A stretch of DNA of 64,000 nt from Eledone cirrhosa (lineage: Eukaryota). A program made the translations under genes and the position numbers. The DNA is taken from positions 16,740,001 to 16,804,000 of the forward strand of contig OZ024752.1 in the NCBI GenBank assembly GCA_964016885.1. The letters are read 5' to 3'. Below, in pieces: positions 27,501 through 40,053 of the stretch. Numbering within the stretch: the stretch's first letter is position 1; each line of letters starts with the position of its first letter. The notes under the pieces are model-generated. The model made no database searches and was not told the DNA's origin. It worked only from the letters and a program-made list of their open reading frames with translations.

Positions 27501-29900
27501 TCTGTCTAAGGGAAGCATCACTCTGATGTCAGCCGTGTGTGGTAGTCTGTCTAGGGGAAGGTTCACTCTGATGTCAGCCGTGTGTGGTAGTCTGCCTAGG
27601 TGAAGGATCACTCTGATGTCAGCTGTGTGTGGTAGTCTGTCTAGGGGAAGGATCACTCTGATGTCAGCCATGTGTGGTAGTCTGTCTAGGGGAAGGATCA
27701 CTCTGATGTCAGCCACGTGTGGTAGTCTGTCTAGGTGAAGGATCACTCTGATGTCAGCCGTGTGTGGTAGTCTGTTATGGGAAGGATCACTCTGATGTTA
27801 GCTGTGTGTGGTAGTCTGTTATGGGAAGGATCACTCTGATGTCAGCTGTGTGTGGTAGTCTGTTATGGGAAGGATCACTCTGATGTCAGCCGTGTGTGGT
27901 AGTCTGTAATGGGAAGGATCACTCTGATGTCAGCCAAGTGTGGTAGTCTGTCTAGGGGAAGGATCACTCTGATGTCACCCGTGTGTGGTAGTCTGTTATG
28001 GGAAGGATCACTCTGATGTCAGCGTGTGTGGTAGTCTGTTATGGGAAGGATCACTCTGATGTCAGCCAAGTGTGGTAGTCTGTCTAGGGGAAGGATCACT
28101 CTGATGTCAGCCGCGTGTGGTAGTCTGTTATGGGAAGGATCACTCTGATGTCAGCCGTGTGTGGTAGTCTGTTATGGGAAGGATCACTCTGATGTCAGCC
28201 GTGTGTGGTAGTCTGTTATGGGAAGGATCACTCTGATGTCAGCTGTGTGTGGTAGTCTGTTATGGGAAGGATCACTCTGATGTCAGCCGTGTGTGGTAGT
28301 CTGTCTAGGTAAAGGATCACTCTGATGTCAGCCAAGTGTGGTAGTCTGTCTAGGGGAAGGATCACTCTGATGTCATCCGTGTGTGGTAGTCTGTTATGGG
28401 AAGGATCACTCTGATGTCAGTCGTGTGTGGTAGTCTGTCTAGGTGAAGGATCACTCTGATGTCAGTCGTGTGTGGTAGTCTGTTATGGGAAGGATCACTC
28501 TGATATCAGCCGTGTGTGGTAGTCTGTCTAGGGGAAGGATCACTCTGATGTCAGCCAAGTGTGGTAGTCTGTCTAGGGGAAGGATCACTCTGATGTCAGC
28601 CGTGTGTGGTAGTCTGTCTAGGTGACGGATCACACTGATGTCAGCCGTGTGTGGTAGTCTGTCTAGGGGAAGGATCACTCTGATGTCAGCCGTGTGTGGT
28701 AGTCTGTCTAGGTGAAGGATCACTCTGATGTCAGCCGTGTGTGGTAGTCTGTTATGGGAAGGATCACTCTGATGTCAGCCAAGTGTGGTAGTCTGTCTAG
28801 GGGAAGGATCACTCTGATGTCAGCCGTGTGTGGTAGTCTGTTATGGGAAGGATCATTCTGATGTCAGCTGTGTGTGGTAGTCTGTTATGGGAAGGATCAC
28901 TCTGATGTCAGCTGTGTGTGGTAGTCTGTTATGGGAAGGATCACTCTGATGTCAGCAGTGTGTGGTAGTCTGTTATGGGAAGGATCACTCTGATGTCAGC
29001 CAAGTGTGGTAGTGTGTCTAGAGGAAGGATCACTCTGATGTCAGCCGTGTGTGGTAGTCTGTTATGGGAAGGATCACTCTGATGTCAGCGTGTGTGGTAG
29101 TCTGTTATGGGAAGGATCACTCTGATGTCAGCCAAGTGTGGTAGTCTGTCTAAGGGAAGGATCACTCTGATGTCAGCCGTGTGTGGTAGTCTGTTATGGG
29201 AAGGATCACTCTGATGTCAGCCGTGTGTGGTAGTCTGTTATGGGAAGGATCATTCCGATGTCAGCCGTGTGTGGTAGTCTGTCTAGGGGAAGGATCACTC
29301 TGATGTCAGCCGTGTGTGGTAGTCTGTCTAGGTGAAGGATCACTCTGATGTCAGCCAAGTGTGGTAGTCTGTCTAGGGGAAGGATCACTCTGATGTCAGC
29401 CGTGTGTGGTAGCCTGTTATGGGAAGGATCACTCTGATGTCAGCCGTGTCTGGTAGTCTGACTAGGTGAAGGATCACTCTGATGTCAGTCGTGTATGGTA
29501 GTCTGTCTAGGTGAAGGATCACTCTGATGTCAGCCGTGTGTGGTAGTCTGTCTAAGGGAAGGATCACTCTGATGTCAGCGTGTGTGGTAGTCTGTCTAAG
29601 GGAAGGATCACTCTGATGTCAGCCGTGTGTGGTAGTCTGTCTAGGTGAAGGATCACTCTGATGTAAGACGTGTGTGGTAGTCTGTCTAAGGGAAGTATCA
29701 CTCTGATGTCAGTCATGTGTGGTAGTCTGTTATGGGAAGGATGACTCTGATGTCAGCCGTGTGCGGTAGTCTGTCTAGGGGAAGGATCACTCTGATGTCT
29801 GATGTCAGCCGTGTGTGGTAGTCTGTCTAGGGGAAGGATCACTCTGATGTCAGCTGTGTGTGGCAGTCTGTCTAGGGGAAGGATCACTCTGATGTCAGCC
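21522..29900. repeat. Higher-order repeat, copy 3 (partial, colinear with copy 1)
   Basis: ORF offsets to copy 1 step down from 21521 to 21431, 21386, 21341 and 21298, i.e. colinear apart from gain or loss of whole monomers. Confidence 0.87.
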
Positions 29901-30400
29901 AAGTGTGGTAGTCTGTCTAGGTGAAGGATCATTCTGATGTCAGCCAAGTGTGGTAGTCTGTCTAGGGGAAGGATCACTCTGATGTCAGCCGTGTGTGGTA
30001 GCCTGTTATGGGAAGGATCACTCTGATGTCAGCCGTGTCTGGTAGTCTGACTAGGTGAAGGATCACTCTGATGTCAGTCGTGTATGGTAGTCTGTCTAGG
30101 TGAAGGATCACTCTGATGTCAGCCGTGTGTGGTAGTCTGTCTAAGGGAAGGATCACTCTGATGTCAGCGTGTGTGGTAGTCTGTCTAAGGGAAGGATCAC
30201 TCTGATGTCAGCCGTGTGTGGTAGTCTGTCTAGGTGAAGGATCACTCTGATGTAAGCCGTGTGTGGTAGTCTGTCTAAGGGAAGTATCACTCTGATGTCA
30301 GTCATGTGTGGTAGTCTGTTATGGGAAGGATCACTCTGATGTCAGCCGTGTGCGGTAGTCTGTCTAGGGGAAGGATCACTCTGATGTCTGATGTCAGCCG
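29370..30400. repeat. 589-bp (13-monomer) local tandem duplication
   Basis: Identical ORFs 29385..29567 and 29974..30156 (offset 589). The 52-mers at ~29798 and ~30387 have the same offset. Confidence 0.85.
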
Positions 30401-32349
30401 TGTGTGGTAGTATGTCTAGGGGAAGGATCACTCTGATGTCAGCTGTGTGTGGTAGTCTGTCTAAGGGAAGGATCACTCTGATGTCAGCCGTGTGTGGTAG
30501 TGTGTCTAGGGGAAGGATCACTCTGATATCAGCTGTGTGTGGCAGTCTGTCTAGGGGAAGGATAACTCCGATGTCAGCCGTGTGTGGTAGTCTGTCTAGG
30601 GGAAGAATCACTCTGATGTCTGCCGTGTGTGGTAGTCTGTCCAGGGGAAGGATCACTCTGATGTCAGCTGTGTGTGGCAGTCTGTCTAGGGGAAGGATCA
30701 CTCTGATGTCAGCCGTGTGCGGTAGTCTGTCTAGGGGAAGGATCACTCTGATGTCAACTGTGTGTGGCAGTCTGTCTAGGGGAAGGATCACTCTGATGTC
30801 AGCTGTGTGTGGTAGTCTGTCTAGGGGAAGGATCACTCTGATGTCAGTCATGTGTGGTAGTCTGTCTAGGGGAAGGATCACTCTGATGTCAGCTGTGTGT
30901 GGTAGTCTGTCTAGGGGAAGGATCACTCTGATGTCAGCTGTGTGTGGTAGTCTGTCTAGGGGAAGGATCACTCTGATGTCAGCTGTGTGTGGTAGTCTGT
31001 CTAGGGGAAGGATCACTCTGATGTCAGCTGTGTGTGGTAGTCTGTCTAGGGGAAGGACCACTCTGATGTCATGTGTGTGTTGTAGTCTGTCTCGGGGAAG
31101 AATCACTCTGATGTCAGTCGTGTGTGGTAGTCTGTCTAGGGGAAGGATCACTCTGATGTCAGCTGTGTGTGGCAGTCTGTCTAGGGGAAGGATCACTCTG
31201 ATGTCAGCCGTGTGTGGTAGTCTGTCTAGAGGAAGGATCACTCAGATGTCAGCAGTGTGTGGTAGTCTGTCTAAGGGAAGGATCACTCTGATGTCAGCCG
31301 TGTGTGGTAGTCGGTCTAGGGGAAGGATCACTCTGATGTCAGCCGTGTGTGGTAGTCTGTCTAGGGGAAGGTTCACTCTGATGTCAGCCGTGTGTGGTAG
31401 TCTGTCTAGGTGAAGGATCACTCTGATGTCAGCCGTGTGTGGTAGTCTGTTATGGGAAGGATCACTCTGATGTCAGCTGTGTTTGGTAGTCTGTTATGGG
31501 AAGGATCACTCCGATGTCAGCCGTGTGTGGTAGTCTGTCTAGGGGAAGGATTACTCTGATGTCAGCTGTGTGTGGTAGTCTGTTATGAGAAGGATCACTC
31601 TGATGTCAGCCGTGTGTGGTAGTCTGTTATGGGAAGGATCATTCCGATGTCAGCCGTGTGTGGTAGTCTGTCTAGGGGAAGGATCACTCTGATGTCAGCC
31701 GTGTGTGGTAGTCTGTCTAGGTGAAGGATCACTCTGATGTCAGCCAAGTGTGGTAGTCTGTCTAGGGGAAGGATCACTCTGATGTCAGCCGTGTGTGGTA
31801 GTCTGTTATGGGAAGGATCACTCTGATGTCAGCCGTGTCTGGTAGTCTGACTAGGTGAAGGATCACTCTGATGTCAGTCGTGTATGGTAGTCTGTCTAGG
31901 TGAAGGATCACTCTGATGTCAGCCGTGTGTGGTAGTCTGTCTAAGGGAAGGATCACTCTGATGTCAGCGTGTGTGGTAGTCTGTCTAAGGGAAGGATCAC
32001 TCTGATGTCAGCCGTGTGTGGTAGTCTGTCTAGGTGAAGGATCACTCTGATGTAAGCCGTGTGTGGTAGTCTGTCTAAGGGAAGTATCACTCTGATGTCA
32101 GTCATGTGTGGTAGTCTGTTATGGGAAGGATCACTCTGATGTCAGCCGTGTGCGGTAGTCTGTCTAGGGGAAGGATCACTCTGATGTCTGATGTCAGCCG
32201 TGTGTGGTAGTCTGTCTAAGGGAAGGATCACTCTGATGTCAGCCGTGTGTGGTAGTCTGTCTAGGGGAAGGATCACTCTGATGTCAGCCGTGTGTGGTAG
32301 TCTGTCTATGGGAAGGATCACTCTGATGTCAGTCATGTGTGGTAGTCTG

Positions 32350-33170
32350 TCTAGGGGAAGGATCACTCTGATGTCAGCTGTGTGTGGTAGTCTGTCTAGG
32401 GGAATGATCACTCTGATGTCAGTCATGTGTAGTAGTCTGTGTAGGGGAAGGATCACTCTGATGTCAGCCGCGTGTGGTAGTCTGTCTAGGGGAAGGATCA
32501 CACTGATGTCAGCTGTGTGTGGTAGTCTGTCTAGGGGAAGGATCACTCTGATGTCAGCCGTGTGTGGTAGTCTTCTAAGGGAAGGATCACTCTGATGTCA
32601 GCCGTGTGTGGTAGTCTGTCTAACGGAAGGATCACTCTGATGTCAGCTGTGTGTGGCAGTCTGTCTAGGGGAAGGATCACTCTGATGTCAGCCGTGTGTG
32701 GTAGTCTGTCTAAGGGAAGGATCACTCTGATGTCAGCCGTGTGTGGTAGTCTGTCTAGGGGCAGGATCACTCTGATGTCAGCTGTGTGTGGTAGTCTGTC
32801 TAGGGGAATGATCACTCTGATGTCAGTCATGTGTAGTAGTCTGTGTAGGGGAAGGATCACTCTGATGTCAGCCGCGTGTGGTAGTCTGTCTAGGGGAAGG
32901 ATCACACTGATGTCAGCTGTGTGTGGTAGTCTGTCTAGGGGAAGGATCACTCTGATGTCAGCCGTGTGTGGTAGTCTTCTAAGGGAAGGATCACTCTGAT
33001 GTCAGCCGTGTGTGGTAGTCTGTCTAACGGAAGGATCACTCTGATGTCAGCTGTGTGTGGCAGTCTGTCTAGGGGAAGGATCACTCTGATGTCAGCCGTG
33101 TGTGGTAGTCTGTCTAAGGGAAGGATCACTCTGATGTCAGCCGTGTGTGGTAGTCTGTCTAGGGGAAGGA
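32350..33170. repeat. 404-bp (9-monomer) local tandem duplication
   Basis: The GGAATG, GTGTAGG, GCCGCG, CACACTG, AGTCTTCT, CTAACGG marker series occurs at ~32400-32630 and again 404 bp later (ORF starts 32543/32947). Confidence 0.85.
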
Positions 33171-36100
33171 TCACTCTGATGTCAGCCGTGTGTGGTAGTC
33201 TGTCTAAGGGAAGGATCACTCTGATGTCAGCTGTGTGTGGTAGTCTGTCTAGGGGCAGGATCACTCTGATGTCAGCCGTGTGTTGTAGTCTGTCTCGGGG
33301 AAGGATTACTCTGATGTCAGTCGTGTGTGGTAGTCTGTCTAGGGGAAGAATCACTCTGATGTCAGCCGTGTGTGGTAGTCTGTCTCGGGGAAGGATCACT
33401 CTGATGTCAGCTGTGTGTGGTAGTCTGTCTAGGGGAAGGATCACTCTGATGTCAGTCATGTGTGGTAGTCTGTCTAGGGGAAGGATCACTCTGATGTCAG
33501 CTGTGTGTGGTAGTCTGTCTAGGGGAAGGATCACTATGATGTCAGCCGTGTGTGGTAGTCTGTCTAGGGGAAGGATCACTCTGATGTCAGTCATGTGTAG
33601 TAGTCTGTCTAGGGGAAGGATCACTCTGATGTCAGCCGTGTGTGGTAGTCTGTCTATGGGAAGGATCACTCTGATGTCAGCCGTGTGTGGTAGTCTGTCT
33701 AGGGGCAGGATCACTCTGATGTCAGCTGTGTGTGGTAGTCTGTCTAGGGGAAGGATCACTATCATGTCAGCCGTGTGTGGTAGTCTGTCTAGGGGAAGGA
33801 TCACTCTGATGTCAGCCGTGTGTGGTAGTCTCTCTAGGGGAACGATCATTCTGATGTCAGCTGTGTGTGGTAGTCTGTCTAGGGGAAGGATCACTCTGAT
33901 GTCAGCTGTGTGTGGCAGTGTGTCTAGGGGAAAGATCACTCTGATGTCAGCCGTGTGTGGTAGTCTGTCTAGGGGAAGGATCACTCTGATGTCAGCTGTG
34001 TGTTGTAGTCTATCTAGGGGAAGGATCACTCTGATGTCAGCTGTGTGTGGTAGTCTGTCTAGGGGAAGGATCACTCTGATGTCAGTCATGTGACGTAGTC
34101 TGTCTAGGGGAAGGATCACTCTGATGTCAGCCGTGTGTGGTAGTCTGTCTATTGGAAGGATCACTCTGATGTCAGCCGTGTGTGGTAGTCTGTCTAGGGG
34201 AAGGATCACTCTGATGTCAGCTGTGTGTGGTAGTCTGTCTAGGGGAAGGATCACTCTGATGTCAGCTGTGTGTGGTAGTCTGTCTAGGGGCAGGATCACT
34301 CTGATGTCAGCTGTGTGTGGTAGTCTGTCTAGGGGAAGAATCACTCTGATGTCAGCCGTGTGTTGTAGTCTGTCTCGGGGAAGGATTACTCTGATGTCAG
34401 TCGTGTGTGGTAGTCTGTCTAGGGGAAGAATCACTCTGATGTCAGCCGTGTGTGGTAGTCTGTCTCGGGGAAGGATCACACTGATGTCAGCTGTGTGTGG
34501 TAGTCTGTCTAGGGGAAGGATCACTCTGATGTCAGCCGTGTGTGGTAGTCTTCTAAGGGAAGGATCACTCTGATGTCAGCCGTGTGTGGTAGTCTGTCTA
34601 ACGGAAGGATCACTCTGATGTCAGCTGTGTGTGGCAGTCTGTCTAGGGGAAGGATCACTCTGATGTCAGCCGTGTGTGGTAGTCTGTCTAAGGGAAGGAT
34701 CACTCTGATGTCAGCCGTGTGTGGTAGTCTGTCTAGGGGAAGGATCACTCTGATGTCAGCCGTGTGTGGTAGTCTGTCTAAGGGAAGGATCACTCTGATG
34801 TCAGCCGTGTGTGGTAGTCTGTCTAGGGGAAGGATCACTCTGATGTCAGCCGTGTGTGGTAGTCTGTCTATGGGAAGGATCACTCTGATGTCAGCCGTGT
34901 GTGGTAGTCTGTCTAGGGGAAGGATCACTCTGATGTCAGCCGTGTGTGGTAGTCTGTCTAGGGGAAGGATCACTCTGATGTCAGTCGTGTGTGGTAGTCT
35001 GTCTAGGGGAAGAATCACTCTGATGTCAGCCGTGTGTGGTAGTCTGTCTAGGGGAAGGATCACTCTGATGTCAGCTGTGTGTGGCAGTCTGTCTAGTGGA
35101 AGGATCACTCTGATGTCAGCCGTGTCTGGTAGTCTCTCTAGGGGAAGGATCACTCTGATGTCAGCTGTGTGTGGTAGTCTGTCTAGGGGAAAGATCACTC
35201 TGATGTCAGCCGTGTGTGGTAGTCTGTCTAGGGGAAGGATCACTCTGATGTCAGCTGTGTGTGGTAGTCTGTCTAGGGGAAGGATCACTCTGATGTCAGC
35301 TGTGTGTGGTAGTCTGTCTAGGGGCAGGATCACTCTGATGTCAGCTGTGTGTGGTAGTCTGTCTAGGGGAAGAATCACTCTGATGTCAGCCGTGTGTTGT
35401 AGTCTGTCTCGGGGAAGGATTACTCTGATGTCAGTCGTGTGTGGTAGTCTGTCTAGGGGAAGAATCACTCTGATGTCAGCCGTGTGTGGTAGTCTGTCTC
35501 GGGGAAGGATCACTCTGATGTCAGCTGTGTGTGGTAGTCTGTCTAGGGGAAGGATCACTCTGATGTCAGTCATGTGTGGTAGTCTGTCTAGGGGAAGGAT
35601 CACTCTGATGTCAGCTGTGTGTGGTAGTCTGTCTAGGGGAAGGATCACTATGATGTCAGCCGTGTGTGGTAGTCTGTCTAGGGGAAGGATCACTCTGATG
35701 TCAGTCATGTGTAGTAGTCTGTCTAGGGGAAGGATCACTCTGATGTCAGCCGTGTGTGGTAGTCTGTCTAGGGGAAGGATCACTCTGATGTCAGTCATGT
35801 GTGGTAGTCTGTCTAGGGGAAGGATCACTCTGATGTCAGCTGTGTGTGGTAGTCTGTCTAGGGGAATGATCACTCTGATGTCAGTCATGTGTAGTAGTCT
35901 GTGTAGGGGAAGGATCACTCTGATGTCAGCCGCGTGTGGTAGTCTGTCTAGGGGAAGGATCACACTGATGTCAGCTGTGTGTGGTAGTCTGTCTAGGGGA
36001 AGGATCACTCTGATGTCAGCCGTGTGTGGTAGTCTTCTAAGGGAAGGATCACTCTGATGTCAGCCGTGTGTGGTAGTCTGTCTAACGGAAGGATCACTCT

Positions 36101-39100
36101 GATGTCAGCTGTGTGTGGCAGTCTGTCTAGGGGAAGGATCACTCTGATGTCAGCCGTGTGTGGTAGTCTGTCTAAGGGAAGGATCACTCTGATGTCAGCC
36201 GTGTGTGGTAGTCTGTCTAGGGGAAGGATCACTCTGATGTCAGCCGTGTGTGGTAGTCTGTCTAAGGGAAGGATCACTCTGATGTCAGCCGTGTGTGGTA
36301 GTCTGTCTAGGGGAAGGATCACTCTGATGTCAGCCGTGTGTGGTAGTCTGTCTATGGGAAGGATCACTCTGATGTCAGCCGTGTGTGGTAGTCTGTCTAG
36401 GGGAAGGATCACTCTGATGTCAGCTGTGTGTGGCAGTCTGTCTAGGGAAAGGATCACTCTGATGTCAGCCGTGTGTGGTAGTCTCTCTAGGGGAAGGATC
36501 ACTATTATGTCAGCTGTGTGTGGACGTCTGTCTAGGGGAAGGATCACTCTGATGTCAGCCGTGTCTGGTAGTCCGTCTAGGGGAAGGATCACTCTGATGT
36601 CAGCTGTGTGTGGTAGTCTGTCTAGGGGAAGGATCACTCTGATGTCAGCTGTGTGTGGTAGTCTGTCTAGGGGAAGGATCACTCTGATGTCAGCCGTGTT
36701 TGGTAGTCTGTCTAGGGGAAGGATCACTCTGATGTCAGCCGTGTGTGGTAGTCTGTCTAGAGGAAGGATAACTCCGATGTCAGCCGTGTGTGGTAGTCTG
36801 TCTAGGGGAAGAATCACTCTGATATCAGCTGTGTGTAGTAGTCTGTCTAGGGGAAGGATCACTCTGATGTCAGCTGTGTGTGGTAGTCTGTCTAGGGGAA
36901 GGATCACTCTGATGTCAGTCATGTGTGGTAGTCTGTCTAGGGGAAGGATCACTCTGATGTCAGCTGTGTGTGGTAGTCTGTCTAGGGGAAGGATCACTCT
37001 GATGTCAGCCGTGTGTAGTAGTCTGTCTAGGGGAAGGATCACTCTGATGTCAGTCATGTGTAGTAGTCTGTCTAGGGGAAGGATCACTCTGATGTCAGCC
37101 GTGTGTGGTAGTCTGTCTAGGGGAAGGATCACTCTGATGTCAGCCGAGTGTGGTAGTCTCTCTAGGGGAAGGATCACTCTGATGTCAGCTGTGTGTGATA
37201 GTCTGTCTAGGGGAAGGACCACTCTGATGTCAGCTGTGTGTGGTAGTCTGTCTCGGGGAAGGATCACTCTGATGTCAGTCGTGTGTGGTAGTCTGTCTAG
37301 GGGAAGGATAACTCTGATGTCAGCTGTGTGTGGTAGTCTGTCTCGGGGAAGGATCACTCTGATGTCAGCCGTGTCTGGTAGTCTGTCTAGGGGAAGGATC
37401 ACTCTGATGTCAGTCATGTGTGGTAGTCTGTCTAGGGGAAGTATCACTCTGATGTCAGCTGTGTGTGGTAGTCTGTCTAGGGGAAGGATCACTCTGATGT
37501 CAGCCGTGTGTAGTAGTCTGTCTAGGGGAAGGATCACTCTGATGTCAGTCATGTGTAGTAGTCTGTCTAGGGGAAGGATCACTCTGATGTCAGCCGTGTC
37601 TGGTAGTCTGTCTAGGGGAAGGATAACTCTGAAGTAAGCTGTGTGTGGTAGTCTGTCTCGGGGAAGGATCACTCTGATGTCAGCCGTGTGTGGTAGTCTG
37701 TCTAGGGGAAGGATCACTCTGATGTCAGCTGTGTGTGGTAGTCTGTCTAGGGGAAGGATCACTCTGATGTCAGTCATGTGTGGTAGTCTGTCTAGGGGAA
37801 GGATCACTCTGATGTCAGCCGTGTGTGGTAGTCTGTCTAGGGGAAGGATCACTCTGATGTCAGCCGTGTGTGGTAGTCTGTCTAGGGGAAGGATCACTCA
37901 GATGTCAGCCGTGTGTGGTAGTCTGTCTAGGGGAAGGATCACTCTGATGTCAGCTGTGTGTGGTAGTCTGTCTAAGGGAAGGATCACTCTGATGTCAGCC
38001 GTGTGTGGTAGTGTGTCTAGGGGAAGGATCACTCTGATGTCAGCTGTGTGTGGCAGTCTGTCTAGGGGAAGGATAACTCCGATGTCAGCCGTGTGTGGTA
38101 GTCTGTCTAGGGGAAGAATCACTCTGATGTCAGCCGTGTGTGGTAGTCTGTCCAGGGGAAGGATCACTCTGATGTCAGCTGTGTGTGGCAGTCTGTCTAG
38201 GGTAAGGATCACTCTGATGTCAGCCGTGTGCGGTAGTCTGTCTAGGGGAAGGATCACTCTGATGTCAGCTGTGTGTGGCAGTCTGTCTAGGGGAAGGATC
38301 ACTCTGATGTCAGTCATGTGTGGTAGTCTGTCTAGGGGAAGGATGACTCTTATGTCAGCCGTGTGTGGTAGTCTGTCTAGGGGAAGGATCACTCTGATGT
38401 CAGCTGTGTGTGGTAGTCTGTCTAGGGGAAGGATCACTCTGATTTCAGCTGTGTGTGGTAGTCTGTCTAGGGGAAGGATCACTCTGATGTCAGCCGTGTG
38501 TGGTAGTCTGTCTAGGGGAAGGATCACTCTGATGTCAGCTGTGTGTGGTAGTCTGTCTAGGGGAAGGACCACTCTGATGTCATGTGCGTGTTGTAGTCTG
38601 TCTCGGGGAAGAATCACTCTGATGTCAGTCGTGTGTGGTAGTCTGTCTACGGGAAGGATCACTCTGATGTCAGCTGTCTGTGGCAGTCTGTCTAGGGGAA
38701 GGATCACTCTGATGTCAGCCGTGTGTGGTAGTCTGTCTAAGGGAAGGATCACTCTGATGTCAGCCGTGTGTGGTAGTCTGTCTAGGGGAAGGATCTCTCT
38801 GATGTCAGCCGTGTGTGGTAGTCTGTCTAAGGGAAGGATCACTCTGATGTCAGCTGTGTGTGGCAGTCTGTCTAGGGGAAGGATCACTCTGATGTCAGCC
38901 GTGTGTGGTAGTCTGTGTAGGGGAAGGATCAATCTGATGTCAGCTGTGTGTGGTAGTCTGTCTCGGGGAAGGATCACTCTGATGTCAGTCGTGTGTGGTA
39001 GTCTGTCTAGGGGAAGAATCACTCTGATGTCAGCCGTGTGTGGTAGTCTGTCTAGGGGAAGGATCACTCTGATGTCAGCTGTGTGTGGCAGTCTGTCTAG

Positions 39101-40053
39101 TGGAAGGATCACTCTGATGTCAGCCGTGTCTGGTAGTCTCTCTAGGGGAAGGATCACTCTGATGTCAGCTGTGTGTGGTAGTCTGTCTAGGGGAAGGATC
39201 ACTCTGATGTCAGCTGTGTGTGGCAGTCTGTCTAGGGGAAAGATCACTCTGATGTCAGCCGTGTGTGGTAGTCTGTCTAGGGGAAGGATCACTCTGATGT
39301 CAGCTGTGTGTGGTAGTCTGTCTAGGGGAAGGATCACTCTGATGTCAGCTGTGTGTGGTAGTCTGTCTAGGGGCAGGATCACTCTGATGTCAGCTGTGTG
39401 TGGTAGTCTGTCTAGGGGAAGAATCACTCTGATGTCAGCCGTGTGTGGTAGTCTGTCTCGGGGAAGGATTACTCTGATGTCAGTCGTGTGTGGTAGTCTG
39501 TCTAGGGGAAGAATCACTCTGATGTCAGCCGTGTGTGGTAGTCTGTCTCGGGGAAGGATCACTCTGATGTCAGCTGTGTGTGGTAGTCTGTCTAGGGGAA
39601 GGATCACTCTGATGTCAGTCATGTGTGGTAGTCTGTCTAGGGGAAGGATCACTCTGATGTCAGCTGTGTGTGGTAGTCTGTCTAGGGGAAGGATCACTAT
39701 GATGTCAGCCGTGTGTGGTAGTCTGTCTAGGGGAAGGATCACTCTGATGTCAGTCATGTGTAGTAGTCTGTCTAGGGGAAGGATCACTCTGATGTCAGCC
39801 GTGTGTGGTAGTCTGTCTAGGGGAAGGATCACTCTGATGTCAGTCATGTGTGGTAGTCTGTCTAGGGGAAGGATCACTCTGATGTCAGCTGTGTGTGGTA
39901 GTCTGTCTAGGGGAATGATCACTCTGATGTCAGTCATGTGTAGTAGTCTGTGTAGGGGAAGGATCACTCTGATGTCAGCCGCGTGTGGTAGTCTGTCTAG
40001 GGGAAGGATCACACTGATGTCAGCTGTGTGTGGTAGTCTGTCTAGGGGAAGGA

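Larger units (their letters stand above)
1..32190. repeat. Left satellite domain: mixed 43/44/45/52-bp monomers with nested higher-order repeats
   Basis: Abundant 44-bp GTTATGGGA monomers, CAGCGTG (1-bp deletion), GCCAAG and AGGTGA variants, and 52-bp monomers with a TGATGTC duplication. The last TTATGGG of this domain is at ~32120 and the last 52-mer at ~32187. ORFs here are mostly short because of frequent indels. Confidence 0.93.
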
